NCBI GenBank assembly: GCA_964035545.1
Contig: OZ037767.1
Coordinates: 16,213,292 to 16,277,291, forward strand
Reading direction: 5' to 3'
DNA: 64,000 bases
Source: Bugula neritina
Lineage: Eukaryota > Animalia > Bryozoa
Shown: positions 54,396 through 64,000 of the stretch, in pieces
How the letters are laid out: every line of letters begins with the position of its first letter
Numbering within the stretch: position 1 is the stretch's first letter
The notes under the pieces: model-generated
Database searches by the model: none
What the model was told of the DNA's origin: nothing
Seen by the model: the letters and a program-made list of their open reading frames with translations, nothing else
Translations under genes and position numbers: made by a program

Positions 54396-57093
54396 TTATT
54401 TCATGATGGAGTTTATTCGTTTATACTCCTTGTTATACTCTTTCACGTTAAACTCAGCCTCAAACTTTTCCCTCCATTCACACACTGAAGGTATCCTGTC
54501 ACATGACTCTATGTTTAGCAGCTCTGTAAACATCTCCGCCCATAATCTCGACTTGTATATTCTGGAGAGGAGAAAACTCCATATAATGATTACATTATTC
54601 TCACTACTCCAAATAGTATAACAGCAATGTGAATACATGTAATGCAGCTCCTCGCCATTAAACTTATTATTACAACATAAACTGCTGGTAGAACAATTCC
54701 TAATACCTAAACTGCTGCATGGTAAGGCAATTCCTAATACCAGTGAGAAAACTTGTGCCAGCTACAAGCCTACCTGTGCAAATTGAACTTGGCTGGTTGC
54801 CAAAGCTGGCCGTTGTAGGTGACAAGCATGTAGTTTTGGAAGAGTAGAGTGTACACCGTGCCCAGTATTCCAAACAGATCCGTCTGAAACATGCATGATA
54901 CTGCTGTGAATACAGTGTCAGTAATACAGTAATACAAGCTGAGTAATACAGTAATACTAACTGAGTAATACAGTAATACTAGGTGAGTAATACAGTAACA
55001 CTACCTGAGTAATACAGTAATACTAACAGAGTAATACAGTAGTACTAGCTAAGTAATACAGTAATACTAGCTGAGTAATACAGTAATACTAGTTGAGTAA
55101 TACAGTAATACTAGCTGAGTAATACAATAATACTAGCTGAGTAATACAGTAATACTAGCTGAGTAATACAGTAATACTAGCTGAGTAATATAAGACAGTA
55201 CCTGGTAGGTCCAGGGTCTCTGTGTCTTCATCTCGATGCACATGAACCCTTCGGTCTCGTTGTTAGCGGTGAAGGTCGTTCCTCGAGGAAACTCAGACAT
55301 GTCAATACCTCTGCCAAAGTCTATCAGCTTTATGCTGGATGAGGAAAACGGCTTTTCGGGAAATACTTCAGGACTACACGGGGTAAAGTATACAGAGTAG
55401 AGTATACAGAGTAGAGTATACAGAGTAGAGTATACAGAGTATACAGAGTATACAGAGTATACAGAGTATACAGAGTATACAGAGTATACAGAGTATACAG
55501 AGTATACAGAGTAGAGTATACAGAGTATACAGAGTAGAGTATACAGAGTAGAGTATACAGGGTAGAGTATACAGAGTAGAGTATACAGGGTAGAGTATAC
55601 AGAGTAGAGTATACAGAGTAGAGTATACAGAGTAGAGTATACAGGGTATACAGAGTATACAGAGTATACAGAGTATACAGAGTAGAGTATACAGAGTATA
55701 CAGAGTAGAGTATACAGAGTATAACGACACTTACAACCCACAGAAGAGGATGTTGTCTGGCTTGATGTCTCCATGAATTATCTTACAGCGGTGCATGACC
55801 TCTACAGCATGCAGTAGCTCGATGGTGACGTACATGACTAACGACTCCGGGATCTGTAAACAGCAGACGTAGACATGACTAAGCAGTGAGCAGAGTAGAG
55901 CGCAACTCATAAACTGAACAGCCAATGAGAATACAGACACACGCGCCAAACAGCCAATAAGAACGCAGCTTACTTTACAAGAGTTGGCCTTCATGCCGTT
56001 GACGAGGTTGAGAAGAGAGCCGAGGGGCACCAGTTCGTTGACCATTAGGGATCCGTCGGAGAAGAAGACGGAGTGGGTGATGTCCATCAACTTGCTGCCG
56101 ATATCTCTCTCGATGTCTTCGTCCATGCAGGATACTCGCTGCCGCAACTCCTTGCAGATGTACAGTTCCCACGGGCAGCTCGGCTTCTGTGCCTTCACAC
56201 ATACATCGTCACTCTCGGAGAAAGCTGTAGAGTCAAGAGTGTTGCACATGGAGATTTTACCTGCGTAGAGAGACATACTCGTGTAATATAAACATATGCT
56301 AGTAACATAAAATTATACTAGTAATATAAACTCATACTGGTAATATAAACATATACTAGTAGGTAATATAAACATATGCTAGTAATATAAACATATACTG
56401 GTAATATAAACATATACTAGTAATATAAACATATAGTAGTAATATAAACATATACTGGTAATATAAACATATACTGGTAATATAAACGTTTAATAGTAAT
56501 ATAAACATATACTGGTAATATAAACATACTAGTAGTAATATAAACATACTAGTAAAATAAACATATAGTAGTAATATAAACATATACTGGTAATATAAAC
56601 ATATGCTAGTAATATAAACATATACTAGTAATATAAACATATACTGGTAATATAAACATATGCTGGTAATATAAACATATACTAGTAATATAAACATATA
56701 CTAGTAATATAAACATATACTAGTAATAAAAACATACCCAAGCTGGTGGATCTGTCAGCAGAAGTGACGATAGCCTTGTAGGCAACGGCGAAACCCCCAA
56801 CACCTACAAACACCGTGACAAGTAAATATCATATCCTAGTCTAGTCATGTGCATCTTTAGTCTACTCGCACAGAGAGCACCTGCACAGAGAGAGCACCTG
56901 CACAGAGAGAGACACCTGCACAGAGAGAGAGCACCTGCACACAGAGAGCACAGAGAGAGCACCTGCTGAAGAACTCACCCAGCTTAGACATCAGCTTTAC
57001 TGTGAGATTTGACACAGTCACCTGACTGCCAACTTTCAACTTGGGCATTGAATCTTTCCTGACTTCTACATTCTCATATGACGTGATGTCAAC
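54396..57093 (-). CDS. BUB1: Mitotic checkpoint Ser/Thr kinase BUB1 family, C-terminal kinase half (5' part outside window)
   Basis: Exons 57093-56979, 56803-56738, 56260-55974, 55853-55735, 55373-55202, 54883-54774, 54561-54396, phases consistent. Motifs LGVGGFA, VKAQKPSCPWELYI, IIHGDIKPDN, LIDFGRGIDM, FMCIEM...PWTYQTDLFG, W..MF..LLNI are BUB1-characteristic; catalytic residues intact. Confidence 0.92.
54908..55190. repeat. 22-bp intronic minisatellite
   Basis: GAGTAATACAGTAATACTA(G/A)CT period. Confidence 0.9.
55387..55722. repeat. 9/14-bp intronic minisatellite
   Basis: AGAGTATAC and AGAGTAGAGTATAC units. Confidence 0.9.
56283..56735. repeat. 19-bp intronic minisatellite
   Basis: (A/G)GTAATATAAACATATACT period. 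Confidence 0.9.
56868..56966. repeat. Short GC-richer intronic repeat (AGAGAGCACCTGCAC)n
   Basis: Direct reading, about 5 variable-length units. Confidence 0.8.
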
Positions 57094-57102
57094 CTATGAT
57101 AC

Positions 57103-60100
57103 GTAGAGTATAGTATCATAGTATTAGAATATATAGTACCATAGTATTAGAATATAGAGTATCATAGTATTAGAGTATATAGTATCATAGTATTAGAATA
57201 TAGAGTATCATAGTATTAGAGTATATAGTATCATAGTATTAGAATATATAGTATCATAGTATTAGAATATATAGTATCATAGTATTAGAATATAGAGTAT
57301 CATAGTATTAGAGTATAGAGTATCATAGTATTAGAGTATAGAGTATCATAGTATTAGAATATATAGTATCATAGTATTAGAATATATAGTATCATAGTAT
57401 TAGAATATATAGTATCATAGTATTAGTATATATAGTATCATAGTATTAGAATATATAGTATCATAGTATTAGAGTATATAGTATCATAGTATTAAAGTAT
57501 ATAGTATCATAGTATTAGAATATAGAATATCATAGTATTAGAATATATAGTATCATAGTATTAGTATATATAGTATCATAGTATTAGAATATATAGTATC
57601 ATAGTATTAGAGTATATAGTATCATAGTATTAAAGTATATAGTATCATAGTATTAGAATATAGAATATCATAGTATTAGAATATATAGTATCATAGTATT
57701 AGAATATATAGTATCATAGTATTAGAATATATAGTATCATAGTATTAGAGTATAGAGTATCATAGTATTAGAGTATATAGTATCATAGTATTAGAATATA
57801 TAGTATCATAGTATTAGAGTATATAGTATCATAGTATTAGAGTATATAGTATCATAGTATTAGAATATAGAGTATCATAGTATTAGAATATATAGTATCA
57901 TAGTATTAGAATATATAGTATCATAGTATTGGAATATATAGTATCATAGTATTAGAATATATAGTATCCTAGTATTAGAATATATAGTATCATAGTATTA
58001 GAATATATAGTATCATAGTATTAGAATATATAGTATCATAGTATTAGAATATATAGTATCATAGTATTAGAATATATAGTATCATAGTATTAGAGTATAT
58101 AGTATCATAGTATTAGAATATATAGTATCATAGTATTAGAATATATAGTATCCTAGTATTAGAATATATAGTATCCTAGTATTAGAATATATAGTATCAT
58201 AGTATTAGAATATATAGTATCATAGTATTATAATATATAGTATCATAGTATTAGAATATATAGTATCATAGTATTAGAATATATAGTATCATAGTATTAG
58301 AGTATATAGTATCATAGTATTAGAGTATATAGTATCATAGTATTAGAGTATAGTATCATAGTATTAGAGTATAAAGTATCATAGTATTAGAATATATAGT
58401 ATCATAGTATTAGAATATATAGTATCATAGTATTGGAATATATAGTATCATAGTATTAGAATATATAGTATCATAGTATTAGAGTATAGAGTATCATAGT
58501 ATTAGAATATATAGTATCATAGTATTAGAATATATAGTATCATAGTATTAGAGTATATAGCATCATAGTATTAGAGTATAGAGTATCATAGTATTAGAAT
58601 ATATAGTATCATAGTATTAGAATATATAGTATCATAGTATTAGAATATATAGTATCATAGTATTAGAGTATATAGTATCATAGTATTAGAGTATATAGTA
58701 CCATAGTATTAGAATATATAGTATCATAGTATTAGAGTATATAGTATCATAGTATTAGAATATATAGTATCATAGTATTAGAGTATATAGTATCATAGTA
58801 TTAGAATATATAGTATCATAGTATTAGAATATAGTATCATAGTATTAGAATATATAGTATCATAGTATTAGAGTATATAGTATCATAGTATTAGAATATA
58901 TAGTATCATAGTATTAGAATATATAGTATCATAGTATTAGAGTATATAGTATCATAGTATTAGAATATAGAGTATCATAGTATTAGAATATATAGTATCA
59001 TAGTATTAGAATATATAGTATCATAGTATTAGAATATATAGTATCATAGTATTAGAGTATATAGTATCATAGTATTAGAATATATAGTATCATAGTATTA
59101 GAATATATAGTATCATAGTATTAGAATATAGAGTATCATAGTATTAGAGTATATAGTATCATAGTATTAGAATATATAGTATCATAGTATTAGAATATAT
59201 AGTATCATAGTATTAGAGTATTTAGTATCATAGTATTAGAATATATAGTATCATAGTATTAGAATATATAGTATCATAGTATTAGAGTATATAGTATCAT
59301 AGTATTAGAGTATATAGTATCATAGTATTAGAGTATATAGTATCATAGTATTAGAATATAGAGTATCATAGTATTAGAATATAGAGTATCATAGTATTAG
59401 AGTATATAGTATCATAGTATTAGAATATATAGTATCATAGTATTAGAATATATAGTATCATAGTATTAGAATATATAGTATCATAGTATTAGAGTATATA
59501 GTATCATAATATTAGAATATAGAGTATCATAGTATTAGAGTATATAGTATCATAGTATTAGAGTATATAGTATCATAGTAGTAGAATATATAGTACCATA
59601 GTATTAGAATATAGAGTATCATAGTATTAGAGTATATAGTATCATAGTATTAGAGTATATAGTATCATAGTATTAGAATATATAGTATCATAGTATTAGA
59701 ATATATAGTATCATAGTATAAGAATATAGAGTATCATAGTATTAGAATATATAGTATCATAGTATTAGAGTATATAGTATCATAGTATTAGAGTATATAG
59801 TATCATAGTATTAGAGTATATAGTATCATAGTATTAGAATATATAGTATCATAGTATTAGAATATATAGTATCATAGTATTAGAATATAGAGTATCATAG
59901 TATTAGAATATATAGTATCATAGTATTAGAATATATAGTATCATAGTATTAGAGTATATAGTATCATAGTATTAGAATATATGGTATCATAGTATTAGAA
60001 TATAGAGTATCATAGTATTAGAATATATAGTATCAAAGTATTAGAGTATATAGTATCATAGTATTAGAATATATAGTATCATAGTATTAGAATATATAGT

Positions 60101-63100
60101 ATCATAGTATTAGAATATATAGTATCATAGTATTAGAATATATAGTATCATAGTATTAGAATATATAGTATCATAGTATTAGAGTATAGAGTATCATAGT
60201 ATTAGAATATAGAGTATCATAGTATTAGAATATATAGTATCATAGTATTAGAATATATAGTATCATAGTATTAGAGTATATAGTATCATAGTATTAGAAT
60301 ATAGAGTATCATAGTATTAGAGTATATAGTATCATAGTATTAGAATATAGAGTATCATAGTATTAGAATATATAGTATCATAGTATTAGAATATATAGAG
60401 TATCATAGTATTAGAATATATAGAGTATCATAGTATTAGAATATATAGTATCATAGTATTAGAATATATAGTATCATAGTATTAGAGTATATAGTATCAT
60501 AGTATTAGAGTATATAGTATCATAGTATTAGAGTATATATTATCATGGTATTAGAATATATAGTATCATAGTATTAGAGTATATAGTATCATAGTATTAG
60601 AGTATAGAGTATCATAGTATTAGAGTATAGAGTATCATAGTATTAGAATATATAGTATCATAGTATTAGAGTATATAGTATCATAGTATTAGAGTATATA
60701 GTATCATAGTATTAGAATATATAGTATCATAGTATTAGAGTATATAGTATCATAGTATTAGAGTATATAGTATCATAGTATTAGAATATATAGTATCATA
60801 GTATTAGAATATAGAGTATCATAGTATTAGAATATAGAGTATCATAGTATTAGAATATATAGTATCATAGTATTAGAATATATAGTATCATAGTATTAGA
60901 GTATATAGTATCATAGTATTAGAATATATAGTATCATAGTATTAGAATATATAGTATCATAGTATTAGAATATATAGTATCATAGTATTAGAATATATAG
61001 TATCATACTATTAGAATATATAGTATCATAGTATTAGAGTATATAGTATCATAGTATTAGAATATATAGTATCATAGTATTAGAATATATAGTATCATAG
61101 TATTAGAATATATAGTATCATAGTATTAGAGTATATAGTATCATAGTATTAGAATATATAGTATCATACTATTAGAATATATAGTATCATAGTATTAGAG
61201 TATATAGTATCATAGTATTAGAATATATAGTATCATAGTATTAGAATATATTGTATCATAGTATTAGAATATATAGTATCATAGTATTAGGATATATAGT
61301 ATCATACTATTAGAATATATAGTATCATAGTATTAGAGTATATAGTATCATAGTATTAGAATATATAGTATCATAGTATTAGAGTATATAGTATCATAGT
61401 ATTAGAATATATAGTATCATAGTATTAGAATATATAGTATCATAGTATTAGAGTATATAGTATCATAGTATTAGAATATATAGTATCATAGTATTAGAAT
61501 ATATAGTATCATAGTATTAGAATATATAGTATCATAGTATTAGAATATATAGTATCATGCTATTAGAATATATAGTATCATAGTATTAGAGTATATAGTA
61601 TCATAGTATTAGAATATATAGTATCATAGTATTAGAGTATATAGTATCATAGTATTAGAGTATATAGTATCATAGTATTAGAGTATATAGTATCATAGTA
61701 TTAGAATATATAGTATCATAGTATTAGAGTATATAGTATCATAGTATTAGAATATATAGTACCATAGTATTAGTATATATAGTATCATAGTATTAGAATA
61801 TATAGTATCATAGTATTAGAATATATAGTATCATAGTATTAGAATATATAGTATCATACTATTAGAATATATAGTATCATAGTATTAGAGTATATAGTAT
61901 CATAGTATTAGAATATATAGTATCATAGTATTAGAATATATAGTATCATAGTATTAGAGTATATAGTATCATAGTATTAGAATATATAGTATCAGAGTAT
62001 TAGAATATATAGTATCATAGTATTAGAATATATAGTATCATAGTATTAGAGTATATAGTATCATAGTATTAGAATATATAGTATCATAGTATTAGAATAT
62101 ATAATATCATAGTATTAGAATATATAGTATCATAGTATTAGAATATATAGTATCATACTATTAGAATATATAGTATCATAGTATTAGAGTATATAGTATC
62201 ATAGTATTAGAATATATAGTATCATAGTATTAGAGTATATAGTATCATAGTATTAGAGTATATAGTATCATAGTATTAGAGTATATAGTATCATAGTATT
62301 AGAATATATAGTATCATAGTATTAGAATATATAGAGTATCATAGTATTAGAATATATAGTATCATAGTATTAGAATATATAGTATCATAGTATTAGAATA
62401 TATAGTATCATAGTATTAGAATATATAGTATCATAGTATTAGAATATATAGTATCATAGTATTAGAATATATAGTATCATACTATTATAAAATATAGTAT
62501 CATAGTATTAGAGTATATAGTATCATAGTATTAGAATATATAGTATCATAGTATTAGAGTATATAGTATCATAGTATTAGAGTATATAGTATCATAGTAT
62601 TAGAGTATATAGTATCATAGTATTAGAATATATAGTATCATAGTATTAGAGTATATAGTATCATAGTATTAGAATATATAGTACCATAGTATTAGTATAT
62701 ATAGTATCATAGTATTAGAATATATAGTATCATAGTATTAGAATATATAGTATCATAGTATTAGAATATATAGTATCATAGTATTAGAGTATATAGTATC
62801 ATAGTATTAGAATATATAGTATCATAGTATTAGAGTATATAGTATCATAGTATTAGAATATATAGTACCATAGTATTAGAATATATAGTATCATAGTATT
62901 AGAATATAGAGTATCATAGTATTAGAATATATAGTATCATAGTATTAGAATATATAGTATCATAGTATTAGAGTATATAGTATCATAGTATTAGAATATA
63001 TAGTATCATAGTATTAGAATATATAGTATCATAGTATTAGAATATAGAGTATCATAGTATTAGGGTATATAGTATCATAGTATTAGAGTATATAGTATCA

Positions 63101-64000
63101 TAGTATTAGAATATATAGTATCATAGTATTAGAATATATAGTATCATAGTATTAGAATATATAGTATCATAGTATTAGAGTATATAGTATCATAGTATTA
63201 GAATATATAGTATCATAGTATTAGAATATATAGTATCATAGTATTAGAATATATAGTATCATAGTATTAGAATATATAGTATCATACTATTAGAATATAT
63301 AGTATCATAGTATTAGAGTATATAGTATCATAGTATTAGAATATATAGTATCATAGTATTAGAATATATAGTATCATAGTATTAGAATATATAGTATCAT
63401 AGTATTAGAATATATAGTATCATACTATTAGAATATATAGTATCATAGTATTAGAGTATATAGTATCATAGTATTAGAATATATAGTATCATAGTATTAG
63501 AGTATATAGTATCATAGTATTAGAATATATAGTATCATAGTATTAGAATATATAGTATCATAGTATTAGAATATATAGTATCATAGTATTAGAGTATAGA
63601 GTATCATAGTATTAGAGTATAGAGTATCATAGTATTAGAATATATAGTATCATAGTATTAGAGTATATAGTATCATAGTATTAGAGTATATAGTATCATA
63701 GTATTAGAATATATAGTATCATAGTATTAGAGTATATAGTATCATAGTATTAGAGTATATAGTATCATAGTATTAGAATATATAGTATCATAGTATTAGA
63801 ATATAGAGTATCATAGTATTAGAATATAGAGTATCATAGTATTAGAATATATAGTATCATAGTATTAGAATATATAGTATCATAGTATTAGAGTATATAG
63901 TATCATAGTATTAGAATATATAGTATCATAGTATTAGAATATATAGTATCATAGTATTAGAATATATAGTATCATAGTATTAGAATATATAGTATCATAC
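57103..64000. repeat. 23-bp satellite, ~300 units, inside a presumed BUB1 intron
   Basis: AGTATCATAGTATTAGA(A/G)TATA(T/G) period 23, continuing past the window end. Confidence 0.97.

Larger units (their letters stand above)
37399..55200 (+). repeat. Segmental duplication unit 3 (microprotein - TRIM - BUB1 3' end); paralogous to ~1117-17885 and in part to ~21975-31548
   Basis: Colinear high-identity intergenic, intronic and exonic sequence, differing by TE insertions and deletions. Confidence 0.9.

Noticed and set aside
55374-56697. Repeat-rich ORFs (LCILYSV..., MFILL...)
   Set aside because: Translations of intronic minisatellites between BUB1 exons.
57103-64000. CRISPR array or telomere repeat
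   Set aside because: Head-to-tail 23-bp units with no unique spacers, eukaryotic context, and no telomeric motif.

Overview
AT-rich metazoan (invertebrate-type) genomic DNA with spliceosomal GT-AG introns. Most of the window is a mosaic segmental triplication. It holds three intact, 7-coding-exon TRIM E3 ligase genes (RING, B-box1, B-box2, coiled coil, NHL-like beta-propeller; about 620 aa, + strand) at 7.0-12.8, 22.0-28.0 and 44.6-50.6 kb. Their N-terminal halves are nearly identical, while predicted top-face loops of the propeller are hypervariable. Upstream of copies 1 and 3 is a 3-exon, TATA/CCAAT-driven microprotein gene (70-78 aa, LPPKKRY motif) that the ORF track misses, plus a truncated tandem copy. 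An INSM/Nerfin-type zinc-finger gene with a damaged 5' end lies at 31.6-34.4 kb. The 3' kinase half of BUB1 is on the - strand (54.4-57.1 kb), most of its introns are filled with different tandem repeats, and a >6.9 kb 23-bp satellite runs off the window end. An orphan copy of the last two BUB1 exons sits at 17.1-17.6 kb. Mobile DNA includes an RTE LINE relic, a hAT-like foldback with an 8-bp TSD, Tourist/Harbinger-like MITEs, a CAC-ended MITE, a 689-bp spacer-less palindrome and a Penelope-like fragment with a degenerate hammerhead ribozyme. All exon models and counts were made by eye.
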